Source: Acutalibacteraceae bacterium
GTDB lineage: Bacteria; Bacillota; Clostridia; Oscillospirales; Acutalibacteraceae
DNA: 38,972 nucleotides
Direction of reading: 5' to 3'
Assembly: GCA_045602685.1 (NCBI GenBank)
Contig: JAZSCC010000106.1
Span: forward strand, 1 to 38,972
A program made the translations under genes and the position numbers. Below are positions 9,174-18,128 of the stretch, in pieces (position 1 is the stretch's first letter; the number at the start of each line of letters is the position of its first letter). The notes beneath the pieces are model-generated. The model was not told the origin of the DNA, searched no databases, and was given only the letters and a program-made list of their open reading frames with translations.

Positions 9174-10115
9174 TTATTTACGAATTAACCTTCTGTACAA
9201 ATTTCCGATAGGCTTTCTGAGAACTCCGTAGCAGTAGTATTTAAAAAGTCGGAATTTCAATTTGAAAGTTAACAGTTTTTTCTTTTTTATATATTTTTTC
9301 AGCGCTTTTCCCTCGGTATAGTGCTTTCGCTTATATGCAAAAATACATAATCCGATAGCAAACGGAGAAAGATTTTTACTATTTTGAATTTTATCTGTGT
9401 AATCCAAAATAAGTCTTTTTTCTTCATCAAATAACAAATCACTTCTTTTAACGGTGATTTGCGCGTTATGTACACGGCTTTTTGTCAGCGGCTTTGAAAT
9501 TACAAAAAAAGGATGATTGTTAATTGCTATCCGCATCCAATACTCACGGTCAAGCTGATGCTTATAATCAGTTATAAAAAAGCCTGTTTCATTCAAAACC
9601 TTTTTTGAAATAATCATTCCGCAACCGTTAAATGTCTTTTTATATAAGGTTTCTTCAAATGCTTGAGTCGGTGTTAATGCTCCAATTGTATGCTTGAACG
9701 GACTTTGGATTTCTTCTCCCTTAGCATTTACGAGCATTGTCTCACATACCATAATAACATTTTCACGTTCTTGGTCGGTAGAATAATTACCATTAAGAAG
9801 CGCAACCATTTTTTCGAGCTTTTCGGGCATATACAAATCATCATGAGAAAGCCAAGAAAACCATTCACCGGTCATAACCTCAATGCCATAGTTAAGTGCC
9901 GAAGCACAACCGCCGTTTTCTTTTTCAAAATACTTAATCTTATCACCATAGGAAAGTGCAACTTCACGGGTTTTTCCGTCATCTTTCGAGCCGTCATTCA
10001 CAACAATTATTTCTATATTTTTATAGGTTTGAGCCAATGCCGAATCTATCGCCTCTGCAAGATATTGAGAAGCATTATATGCCGGAATTACAATAGAAAT
10101 TAACGGATTATACAC
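9174..10115 (-). CDS. Family 2 glycosyltransferase
   Basis: ISIVIPAYNASQYLAEAIDSALAQTYKNIEIIVVNDGSKDD is a canonical GT2 N-terminus, and LSHDD is the DxD-type motif. The GTG start at 10115 has GAGGTGA upstream. Confidence 0.9.
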   Translation of the reverse strand: MYNPLISIVIPAYNASQYLAEAIDSALAQTYKNIEIIVVNDGSKDDGKTREVALSYGDKIKYFEKENGGCASALNYGIEVMTGEWFSWLSHDDLYMPEKLEKMVALLNGNYSTDQERENVIMVCETMLVNAKGEEIQSPFKHTIGALTPTQAFEETLYKKTFNGCGMIISKKVLNETGFFITDYKHQLDREYWMRIAINNHPFFVISKPLTKSRVHNAQITVKRSDLLFDEEKRLILDYTDKIQNSKNLSPFAIGLCIFAYKRKHYTEGKALKKYIKKKKLLTFKLKFRLFKYYCYGVLRKPIGNLYRRLIRK

Positions 10116-10134
10116 CCTTTATCACCTCTGAAAA

Positions 10135-11259
10135 TTAACCGATATTTAAAAACACTTCCGAAATACTCTTTTTAAAATTAGACACCTTGCAAGCGTCGGC
10201 AAATAATACTGCATTTTCAGATAACTTCTCTTTTTCTTTAACACAATATTCAATCTGAGTTGCCGCATCTTCAGGGTTATCAATTTCAAACAATTTACCG
10301 GCGTTGCTGGCTTCTACGAGTTCTTTTGCTCCGCCTATATCACAAGCTGCAACCGGAACACCCGCCGCAAAAGACTCAAGGCCTGCAAGAGACAACCCCT
10401 CGGTTGAAGGAATTATTAGCACGTCCATAACTTTAAGCAAATCGGGAATATCGTTTCTTCTTCCTAAAAACAATACATGTTCTGAAAGATTTTCTTTTTC
10501 AACCGTTTCTTTAAGTTCGTTTAAAAAGACTTCATCTCTGCACTCACCCATAAAAAGTGCAATGACATCCTGTCCTCTCTGCTTTAATGCTTTTACTGTT
10601 TGAATAACTATATCCTGTTTTTTGGGGCGCTGAATTAACGCAATATGCCCGACAACAATCCTTTTTTTCAAACAGTCACCGAATTCCTCGCGCACATTCT
10701 CGGCATTTCCGGAAGAATATTTTACAATGTCAACCGGATTATATATCACCTCAACCTTTTTGTGCGCTTCTTCATTTACTATCTGCCCACCTACGACGTT
10801 TGAAATCGCAATAATTTTCTTAACAGACTTCCATTTGGCACAAACATTTAACAGTTTTTTGGTGGCGCCGTCGAGAAAAATATGGTGCAGATGCCAGATA
10901 ACCTTTTTTCCTGTTAAAAATCCCACAGCCGCACTCCAAGGAAGTGCCGCAGGACCGGGGGCGTAAATTATTTCAGGCTTTTCCTTTATTACTACAAAAA
11001 ATCCCTTTACCACAGCCTTAAGTGAAAGCCACGCATAACGGAAAATTGCCGATTTGCCTTTTACACCTATCGGCATAGACTGGTCTCCGAGCAAGGTGTA
11101 CGTAATATTCCTTTTTTCAAGTTCCTCACTAAGAGCACCCTTAGTAGGTATAAGACAGTGAAAATCATAAGTATCTTTCAAAAGGTCAATTACCTGCAAT
11201 GTCATCTTCTGTCCGCCCGAAACAATACCGAGCGTTTCCCAGACAAGCATTTTTTTCAT
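10135..11259 (-). CDS. GT-B glycosyltransferase, GT4 (group 1) family
   Basis: The C-terminal motif LIIPSTEGLSLAGLESFAAGVPVAACDIGGAKELV is the GT4 E-x7-E region. The start is taken at MKKMLVW (ATG at 11259, AAGGGG 7 nt upstream). Confidence 0.88.
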   Translation of the reverse strand: MKKMLVWETLGIVSGGQKMTLQVIDLLKDTYDFHCLIPTKGALSEELEKRNITYTLLGDQSMPIGVKGKSAIFRYAWLSLKAVVKGFFVVIKEKPEIIYAPGPAALPWSAAVGFLTGKKVIWHLHHIFLDGATKKLLNVCAKWKSVKKIIAISNVVGGQIVNEEAHKKVEVIYNPVDIVKYSSGNAENVREEFGDCLKKRIVVGHIALIQRPKKQDIVIQTVKALKQRGQDVIALFMGECRDEVFLNELKETVEKENLSEHVLFLGRRNDIPDLLKVMDVLIIPSTEGLSLAGLESFAAGVPVAACDIGGAKELVEASNAGKLFEIDNPEDAATQIEYCVKEKEKLSENAVLFADACKVSNFKKSISEVFLNIG

Positions 11260-11263
11260 TGAA

Positions 11264-12700
11264 TTACCCCTTTGCATGTTCCAAAATCAAATCAAAAATT
11301 TCAGTCATTTCATATCTTCTCGGCTCAAGGGTTATATTATGACCGAAAAGTACCGCCGTTCTCCAACGGTGCCCGCCGGGAGACATTGTATACATAAGGC
11401 CGACGTTATTATCAATAAGTTTTTCGCCTAATTCCCACTCACCGCCATAGCGTTCATCCATTTGGAATATGATTTCGGGATATTTATCTAAAAACTCACC
11501 GTGATAAAAAGTATTGGTACGGACAATCCACTCAAAAAGCGGTTTGTCTTCACCTTCAATTTTAAACTGCCTGAGATATTCGATAATTTCATCAGCTTTT
11601 TTATCTTTATCCTCAACACTCTCGCTAAGACGTATTCCGCCATAACTGTAATTTTTCAAAGCAGATAAATCACTCAAAAAAGCTACTGTTTTATCCCAAT
11701 CGAAATCCGCACCCGAGGCAAACAAATTTTTCCAGACCGGAAATTTTCTTGCTATCTTCATTGCCCACTTTGGAATTCCCACCTTTTTAACAAAGGTAAC
11801 AGCAAAAGTCTTAATACGCTTTTTGAGGCTTTTTTTACTGCTTGAACTATTTGGCTTTTTAGGCGCTAAATATCCACCCCGTTTAAGCATTTCGTTGATT
11901 CTTGCAATATAAACCGGTCTTGCACCGTGACCGTGGTCACTCATAACAATAATTGGTGTTTTGGGATACATCTGCATAATTTCTCCGAGGCACTCATCCA
12001 TTTTGATATACATATCCCGAATAACATTTTCGTGCTCATTAATACCCGGATAGTTTGGATGATTGGTGTCACAGTGACGCCAAAAATCGTGTTGGATACC
12101 GTCGGTTGTTGAAAAATATGAAAACAGAACATCGGTGCTTTCATTTTCCAAGGCAAGCTTTGTAAGACGCCATTCCTCAGCCTGCTTTGAGAAAAACTCA
12201 TCACGAAGCTTGGGCAGAGCCGTCTCTGCAGTAAACTTACTTTCAGTACCGAGTATGTCACATCTCGGCCGATAAAGCTTTTCCTTTTCTTTTGGATAAA
12301 CAAACATTTTCCCGTCAATCGGGCGGGTTATCATAAGTCCGTTTATATCCCAGCCTTTTTTTATATTCATAGGCAAAAGAACCGTACAGGACAAGCCTGA
12401 TTCGTTAAGAATTTCCCAAAACGCCCTGCCGTAAAATACGGAATCATCAAAGGAAAACGGTTTATATGTATTGTTCTTGGCGCCGACATTAACGAAATTA
12501 ATAATGCCGTGCTGTGTAGGGTCAAGACCTGTATAGATAGTTGCCCAAGCGGGAGTAGTATCGGCCGGAAAAACCGAACGGAGTGTCGTATCGGGATTAC
12601 TTGACATCATCCTTGTTATGTTTGGAAGATACTCTTTATATCTTGCAATAACATCGGCATCCATGCCGTCTATACCGATTATAATAAGTTTTTTAATCAT
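11264..12700 (-). CDS. Alkaline-phosphatase superfamily enzyme, type I phosphodiesterase/nucleotide pyrophosphatase (NPP)-like, cytoplasmic
   Basis: 478 aa with no signal peptide. The metal-site Asp lies in IIIGIDGMDADV. The nucleophile-Thr region FPADTTPAWATIYTGLDPTQHG parallels the NPP motif (PT.TFPNH..IVTG..P..HG). The distal metal motif is VMSDHGHG. Confidence 0.75.
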   Translation of the reverse strand: MIKKLIIIGIDGMDADVIARYKEYLPNITRMMSSNPDTTLRSVFPADTTPAWATIYTGLDPTQHGIINFVNVGAKNNTYKPFSFDDSVFYGRAFWEILNESGLSCTVLLPMNIKKGWDINGLMITRPIDGKMFVYPKEKEKLYRPRCDILGTESKFTAETALPKLRDEFFSKQAEEWRLTKLALENESTDVLFSYFSTTDGIQHDFWRHCDTNHPNYPGINEHENVIRDMYIKMDECLGEIMQMYPKTPIIVMSDHGHGARPVYIARINEMLKRGGYLAPKKPNSSSSKKSLKKRIKTFAVTFVKKVGIPKWAMKIARKFPVWKNLFASGADFDWDKTVAFLSDLSALKNYSYGGIRLSESVEDKDKKADEIIEYLRQFKIEGEDKPLFEWIVRTNTFYHGEFLDKYPEIIFQMDERYGGEWELGEKLIDNNVGLMYTMSPGGHRWRTAVLFGHNITLEPRRYEMTEIFDLILEHAKG

Positions 12701-13397
12701 TTAAAATTTCCTTTTTATTCAGGTTGTCGTTAAGTACTGAATTAATAGCATCCATTACCTCTTTAAGCATTTTATCTTTATCCTGTGCGCCCGATATTGT
12801 CACCGTTGGGTACATTTTAGAAATGGTGTCATACAACGGCTCGCGAATTTCAAGGTAAAGAGGGTCGGGAATGTCATCCTTTCTTGAACAGCAAATCTCA
12901 ACCGGTGTTTTTATGTACACAATCAGGTCGGGCTTGGGTGCTTTCTTCCACTTTACGGAAATAGTTTGTTTCATATACTCCTCACCTAACCCTAAATTAG
13001 CGGCATAAGTAACGGCGTTATCGTATATATATCGGTCTACAAGCAAGGTTGTGCCAAAAAAATGCTTAAGTTTTACATACCAAAAAATCTGAAGTTTAAA
13101 TTCCAAAGTTGTAAAGAAAGAAAACAGCTTATATGTTGCACCTTGGTTGCCTGCCTGCTTTCTCATATTTTCGAGGTATGCTTTATAATCTCCGCCATAA
13201 GGATTGCTGTCCTTCTTCATAAGAAGCTTTTTCCCAAGCTTTATTGGCAGAGAAAGTATTTTTATAACATATGCCGCACGAACAATTTTTACCTTTATAC
13301 CCCGGCCTTTAAGTTGCTCATAAGCATAGTCAATGCTTGTGGATTTCCCCGAACCGTCAAGGCCCATAAAGCATATAATCGGTTTTTTCTTTTTCAT
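12693..13397 (-). CDS. P-loop kinase-like protein, thymidylate kinase (Tmk)-like fold with an insertion
   Basis: The P-loop ICFMGLDGSGKST matches the Tmk G-x-DG-x-GKST motif. A DRY-like motif occurs in LLVDRYIYDNAVTYAAN. About 60-80 aa of partly hydrophobic sequence is inserted between the two. Its stop overlaps the downstream start by 8 nt. Confidence 0.65.
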   Translation of the reverse strand: MKKKKPIICFMGLDGSGKSTSIDYAYEQLKGRGIKVKIVRAAYVIKILSLPIKLGKKLLMKKDSNPYGGDYKAYLENMRKQAGNQGATYKLFSFFTTLEFKLQIFWYVKLKHFFGTTLLVDRYIYDNAVTYAANLGLGEEYMKQTISVKWKKAPKPDLIVYIKTPVEICCSRKDDIPDPLYLEIREPLYDTISKMYPTVTISGAQDKDKMLKEVMDAINSVLNDNLNKKEILND

Positions 13398-13414
13398 ATT
13401 ATCAACCTTGCAAT

Positions 13415-14362
13415 TTATATTTTTGACAGCATATCAATTGCTGCCATATTCCAGGTTTTCGGATTTTTCAAGAAAGAGGCGTACTGTTTGCTTTTTGATG
13501 CTTCGAGCAAAACATCGCTTAAATCATTAATGCCATCAGCAAAAAAGACTCCGCCACTGACTGCAGGAATATTTTTGATTTTTTCGAAATCCTTATATGC
13601 AACAACCGGTGTGCCGCAAGAGAGCGCTTCCATTGCGGAAAGCGGAACGCTTATAACAAACTCTCCCGACTTTGTGGGGAACAGATACACATCCGCCATG
13701 CGATAATAGTCCTCAATATTTTCAACATAGCCGTTTATTTGTCTGACAGAGGCTTTGGTAAGCTCCTCTCGAACCGTTGTGTTCTCAAACATACCGCTTG
13801 TGACAATTATTCTTTCAAATTTATCTTTGTCTAATTTGCAAAAATCCTCAAGACCTCTGCCAACAGAACAGTGACCTACGTGAAGAACAACCTTTTTATC
13901 CTTTGGTACGTTATATTTTTCAAACAAGGCGTTACGCTCATCTTCAAAAACGGGTGAAAACTTTTCACTGTTTATTCCAACCTCAAGGTAGTGAAGCTTA
14001 CATTCCTTTGCCAGAACTATTTCTTCTGAGTCCTCTTTGCAAAGCGCAAAATAATCACACCTTAACGGATGCTTTTTAATTTTTGCTATAAAAGAAGCAT
14101 CCGGCTTCTGAACAGTGACAAGGCAGGTTTTACGGCTTAGCGCACTTATAAGACGAATAACGGGATAGGTTTTTTCGTTCAGTCTTACGAAAACAAACGT
14201 TGCATCGCACTTTAATGAATTACGAATAATAGAAAATGCGTTCTTAAGTCCCGAATAAAAAACTGTATTTTCTTTGGAAAATTCTTTCGCCATATGGGTT
14301 GCTATATTACGCATACCCTCATTTTGTTGACCGTTAACGGTACTTACTATATGTATCTTCAT
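13415..14362 (-). CDS. GT-B glycosyltransferase (GT4-like)
   Basis: The C-terminal region LFPTKSGEFVISVPLSAMEALSCGTPVVAY is typical of retaining GT-B enzymes. The ATG at 14362 shares one base with the radical SAM stop codon (TGATG). An alternative GTG start lies at 14365. Confidence 0.75.
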   Translation of the reverse strand: MKIHIVSTVNGQQNEGMRNIATHMAKEFSKENTVFYSGLKNAFSIIRNSLKCDATFVFVRLNEKTYPVIRLISALSRKTCLVTVQKPDASFIAKIKKHPLRCDYFALCKEDSEEIVLAKECKLHYLEVGINSEKFSPVFEDERNALFEKYNVPKDKKVVLHVGHCSVGRGLEDFCKLDKDKFERIIVTSGMFENTTVREELTKASVRQINGYVENIEDYYRMADVYLFPTKSGEFVISVPLSAMEALSCGTPVVAYKDFEKIKNIPAVSGGVFFADGINDLSDVLLEASKSKQYASFLKNPKTWNMAAIDMLSKI

Positions 14363-15819
14363 CACTTTTTAAACACCGATTTGCTCAAGCGTCCAAACGC
14401 TTTAAGCGAACGCTTTAAATCTTCAAAATCCGTAAGTCCCTTTTTAATACGATGCATAATATACCAAGGGCGAAGATAATATTTCTTTCTGGCCATAGCG
14501 CAGAAATCAACCAGCTCCTGAGGAGAAATCTCAGGCGTTTTTATAATGCAGTTGAGCGTGCCGTCCTCTTGGCAATACTCGTCATATTTGCCATTTATAT
14601 AGCCGTTCGAAAGCGCCCAATTATACGCCTCGGTTCCGGGATACGGAATAAGCGGGAAAAACTGTGCCGTATCTGTCTTAAAACGCAATGCGGCATTCAA
14701 AGTGTCCTGCATTGTCTGCTTGGTTTCTCCGCAGTTTCCAACCATATAGCACGCATGAACCATAAGCCCGGCCTTTTTTGCATTAGCCATATATTCTTCA
14801 ATCTGCTCAACCGTTGTTCCCTTTTTTATGTTATTGAGAATGGTTTGATTAAAGCTTTCTACCCCCGGAATAATGAGGTGGCATCCCGCTTTCTTCATAA
14901 GCTTCATTGTTTCAAGGTCCAGATTTACGCGGGCGTTGCAAAGCCATCTGATTTTTATTTTTTTATCAATCAGCATTTGACAAATTAAAATTGTTCTCTC
15001 TTTATTGACCGTGAAAGTATCGTCTTCAATGACGATTTCTTTGACAAAAGGCATATTTTTATAAACATATTCAAACTCTCCGACAACGTTTTCTACACTG
15101 CGGAGTCTGTATTTATGCCCATGCATTGTTTGCGGATAAACACAGAAATTACATCTTGCAGGACAACCGCGTCCTGTGAAAATCTGAACCGAAGGAAATG
15201 CCGCCGCTGCAAAGAAATAATCGTGAACATCCAAATTTTCGTTAATAAACTGTGTTGCATACGGAATAGAGTCAAGGTCTACTATGTAATCGGCATCGGG
15301 ATTATCGATAATGTTTCCTTTTTCATCACGGTAAGAAAGCCCTTTGACAGAGGATAAGTCTTGCCCATCACGAAGCGCAACTGCAAGGTCACGGACAATA
15401 TAATCGTACTCTTTTCTTGCCACACCGTCAATTTTATCACTTATATTAAGCGTTTCATTCACCGTAGCTGTAGGATGTGTTCCTACAAGAAGAACAAAAG
15501 CATCCTGATATTTTTCTTTGAGTTTTGCACCGAAAGCAACATCGCTATAGATAGAGGGAGTGCTGGTATCCAAAACAAAAAGCTTAGAATCAGATGCTTT
15601 TTCATCAATAATTTTCAAAGTTTCATCAACATTAGTTCTTTTAGCGCAAGCATCATAAAACTCAATATCTAATCCGCTTTCTCTTGTAACAAGAGCAGAA
15701 TAAATAAGCCAAAGAGGATAATAAAGAACACCGCTATGCCCTATAGACGGACTGCGGGACTCTCTTGAAAACTTACCGTATTCTGTTTTAAACGGCGGAT
15801 TAATAAACGTAACCTTCAT
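14362..15819 (-). CDS. B12-binding-domain radical SAM enzyme (class B)
   Basis: 485 aa. The N-terminal Rossmann-like domain (KLFVLDTSTPSIY...VLLVGTHPT) is typical of a cobalamin-binding domain. It is followed by the CxxxCxxC cluster motif in FTGRGCPARCNFCVYPQ and a TIM-barrel-type radical SAM core (IIPGVESFNQ). Confidence 0.85.
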   Translation of the reverse strand: MKVTFINPPFKTEYGKFSRESRSPSIGHSGVLYYPLWLIYSALVTRESGLDIEFYDACAKRTNVDETLKIIDEKASDSKLFVLDTSTPSIYSDVAFGAKLKEKYQDAFVLLVGTHPTATVNETLNISDKIDGVARKEYDYIVRDLAVALRDGQDLSSVKGLSYRDEKGNIIDNPDADYIVDLDSIPYATQFINENLDVHDYFFAAAAFPSVQIFTGRGCPARCNFCVYPQTMHGHKYRLRSVENVVGEFEYVYKNMPFVKEIVIEDDTFTVNKERTILICQMLIDKKIKIRWLCNARVNLDLETMKLMKKAGCHLIIPGVESFNQTILNNIKKGTTVEQIEEYMANAKKAGLMVHACYMVGNCGETKQTMQDTLNAALRFKTDTAQFFPLIPYPGTEAYNWALSNGYINGKYDEYCQEDGTLNCIIKTPEISPQELVDFCAMARKKYYLRPWYIMHRIKKGLTDFEDLKRSLKAFGRLSKSVFKK

Positions 15820-15846
15820 TTTGTTACTTTTCCTCTCTTTTCCCTT

Positions 15847-16614
15847 TTAGATTTTACTTTTACTTATTCTCTTTCTTTTGGTAATACTGTGTATGGAATA
15901 TCTCAGCATCAACATTAATGCACTTAATTTACAGTAACCGTATGCATGATATGTATTGAACGTCATTTTAGCAGACTTCAGCCGTCCGCTTGATTTTGAA
16001 TTTGACGACAACCGATATATAAGCATAGGCTCATTCAGCCCATATGCATATTTATGCTCCTTCAGCACCTTTAACCAAATATAATAATCCTCGTGCATTT
16101 GGTCACCCGGCATTTTAAGAGCCTTCATAACATCCGCTTTTATCATAACCGACGAGCATGACAAAAGATTACGCTTTAAAAGAGTAGAAAAATCGGTTTT
16201 TTCCTCGGCCTCCATTACATACCCGAAAGAGTTCCCGTTTTCATCAATAAAGGCAGATGCCGTATAGCTTATGACCGCACCTTCAATCTTTTCCAATAAT
16301 GCAAGCTGTTTCTCAAGCTTATCCTCACGCCACATATCATCACTGTCAAGAAATGCTATCCACTTACCAGCTGCACGGCTAATGCCGTAATTACGAGTTG
16401 CCGAGACACCTGAATTCTTCTCGTTTTGCAGTAAAACTATTCTGTCATCACTTTCGGCATATGACTTTATAAGCTCCTGTGTATTGTCATTAGAGCAATC
16501 GTCTATAACTATCAGTTCAAAATCCTTATAGGTCTGTTTTAACACTGAACCTATTGCGCTATCTATTGTTTTTGCCGCATTATATGCAGGCATTATTACA
16601 CTTATTTGAGGCAT
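15847..16614 (-). CDS. Family 2 glycosyltransferase
   Basis: ISVIMPAYNAAKTIDSAIGSVLKQTYKDFELIVIDDCSND and FLDSDD (DxD) are canonical GT2 motifs. Confidence 0.9.
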   Translation of the reverse strand: MPQISVIMPAYNAAKTIDSAIGSVLKQTYKDFELIVIDDCSNDNTQELIKSYAESDDRIVLLQNEKNSGVSATRNYGISRAAGKWIAFLDSDDMWREDKLEKQLALLEKIEGAVISYTASAFIDENGNSFGYVMEAEEKTDFSTLLKRNLLSCSSVMIKADVMKALKMPGDQMHEDYYIWLKVLKEHKYAYGLNEPMLIYRLSSNSKSSGRLKSAKMTFNTYHAYGYCKLSALMLMLRYSIHSITKRKRISKSKI

Positions 16615-16625
16615 ATTGTCCTCCT

Positions 16626-17468
16626 TTATACGCTTTTTAATATGCTTTCCTTGGTTTTAGCAACACAATATTCAAAACCAAAATCCTCGGTATCGGAATA
16701 AACAAGTGTCCCAAATGCTTTACGGAAAATACCGGCAAAGGGTGAGCACAATTTAACTAAAAATCCGAGAAACGAGCTTATATAAAGCTTTTTTCCCATT
16801 TTTTCTGCAACGGTTTTTGCCATTTCACTTGTGTTTATATACTCTTTATTTTGAGGAAAATATAAACCGCTTAAATTTCTGTCAATACACATTTTTACAA
16901 AAGAAATAAGATTATCAATATAAATCATACTTCGTTTATTATTTACCTTTGGAAAAACGGGAGACTTTTTTACAATTTTTAAAATGCTGACAAAATTCCC
17001 TTTACAGTCTTTTCCGTATACCATCGGAGGCCTTACCGTAACAACCGAAAAACTTTCATCGGCAAGTGCGGCAATTTTTGTTTCGGCTTCAAATTTGGAT
17101 TTTCCGTAATTACTTGTGGGCTTAGGAAGGGTGTCCTTGGTTATAACACCGGTAACCATTCCGTAAACACTCATAGAACTTAGAAAAATAAACTGACGGA
17201 CTCCCTCTTTTTTTGCTTTTTCGGCAGTTTCTATTGCCATATCACGGTTGATTTTATAATAAAGCTCACTGTTTACCTCTTTTTCCTTTTTGTGAGCAAT
17301 CCCGGCAACGTGAAAAACGACATCATACTGCGAAAAATCCTTTTCACGCCATGTGCCGTCAATCATATCCACCGTATCTACTAAATATAGGTCATCACGA
17401 CTTTTTAAAAATTTTTCAAACGAAACGCCTATATAGCTGTTTGCACCCGTGACCAATATTTTTTTCAT
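16626..17468 (-). CDS. NAD-dependent epimerase/dehydratase-family SDR (nucleotide-sugar epimerase or reductase)
   Basis: Glycine-rich motif ILVTGANSYIG and YxxxK in SNYGKSKFEAE. 280 aa. It is coupled to the upstream phosphoglycosyl transferase by an ATGA overlap at 17465-17468. Confidence 0.8.
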   Translation of the reverse strand: MKKILVTGANSYIGVSFEKFLKSRDDLYLVDTVDMIDGTWREKDFSQYDVVFHVAGIAHKKEKEVNSELYYKINRDMAIETAEKAKKEGVRQFIFLSSMSVYGMVTGVITKDTLPKPTSNYGKSKFEAETKIAALADESFSVVTVRPPMVYGKDCKGNFVSILKIVKKSPVFPKVNNKRSMIYIDNLISFVKMCIDRNLSGLYFPQNKEYINTSEMAKTVAEKMGKKLYISSFLGFLVKLCSPFAGIFRKAFGTLVYSDTEDFGFEYCVAKTKESILKSV

Positions 17469-18088
17469 TTATTTATTGTCTCTTTCTCTCTTTTCTTTAT
17501 CTCACCGGTTCCTCCCTCGACAACACCGTCTCTACCCAAAACCGATTTTATAGTGCCAAAGAAACACCTACAGTCAAAGCCAAAACCCATTCTTTCAACA
17601 TAAACACCGTCCAGCTTGGCTTTTTCCGAAATTTCAACCTCGTCCCGTCCGTTTATCTGTGCCCATCCCGTAAGGCCGGGCTTTATATCGTTTGCACCGT
17701 ATCTGTCACGCTCTTCAATGAGGTCATCCTGATTCCAAAGTGCCGGACGCGGACCGATAATTGACATTTTTCCAAACAAAATATCGTAAATCTGAGGCAG
17801 TTCATCAAGACTTGTTTTCCGTAAAAAATTTCCCACACGGGTTATGTACTGCTCCGGATTTTCGAGCAGATGTGTCGGTATGTCGGGAGTTTTAAGCTTC
17901 ATACTCCTGAATTTATGTAACCAAAACAGCTTTTTATTTTTGCCCACCCGTTTTTGCTTGAAAATTACCGGACCCGGGTCATCAATAAAAATAACCAAAG
18001 AAATTACGATAAACAACGGCAAAAGTACTATAGCGCCGATGAATGATAATGTAATATCTAAAAACCTTTTCAAAAAATTCTTATACAT
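17465..18088 (-). CDS. Small monotopic phosphoglycosyl transferase (PglC/WbaP C-terminal-domain 'bacterial sugar transferase' family); initiating enzyme
   Basis: An N-terminal re-entrant helix (LDITLSFIGAIVLLPLFIVISLVIFI) precedes DDPGPVIFKQKRVGKNKKLFWLHKFRSM, DELPQ and IIGPRP, all family signatures. The start is taken at MYKNFLK (ATG at 18088, GAGG upstream). Confidence 0.92.
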   Translation of the reverse strand: MYKNFLKRFLDITLSFIGAIVLLPLFIVISLVIFIDDPGPVIFKQKRVGKNKKLFWLHKFRSMKLKTPDIPTHLLENPEQYITRVGNFLRKTSLDELPQIYDILFGKMSIIGPRPALWNQDDLIEERDRYGANDIKPGLTGWAQINGRDEVEISEKAKLDGVYVERMGFGFDCRCFFGTIKSVLGRDGVVEGGTGEIKKREKETINK

Positions 18089-18128
18089 AATGCGCCTCAC
18101 ACATTTTTATACAACACCTGATACATCC

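Noticed and set aside
11941-12318. A 125-aa minus-strand ORF in an alternative frame inside the NPP-like gene
   Set aside because: It is on the same strand but out of frame with the motif-bearing 478-aa ORF. There is no sign of frameshifting, such as a slippery site or truncated domains.
13062-13706. A 214-aa plus-strand ORF spanning the kinase-like gene, the intergenic gap and the GT gene
   Set aside because: It is antisense to two motif-supported genes and crosses their intergenic region. Its composition is that of an antisense frame of AT-rich coding DNA, and I recognised no motif.
14452-15672. Plus-strand ORFs (178, 80 and 103 aa) inside the radical SAM gene
   Set aside because: The radical SAM frame on the minus strand has an unambiguous CxxxCxxC motif and domain architecture. 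The plus-strand ORFs are fragmented and unrelated to anything I know.
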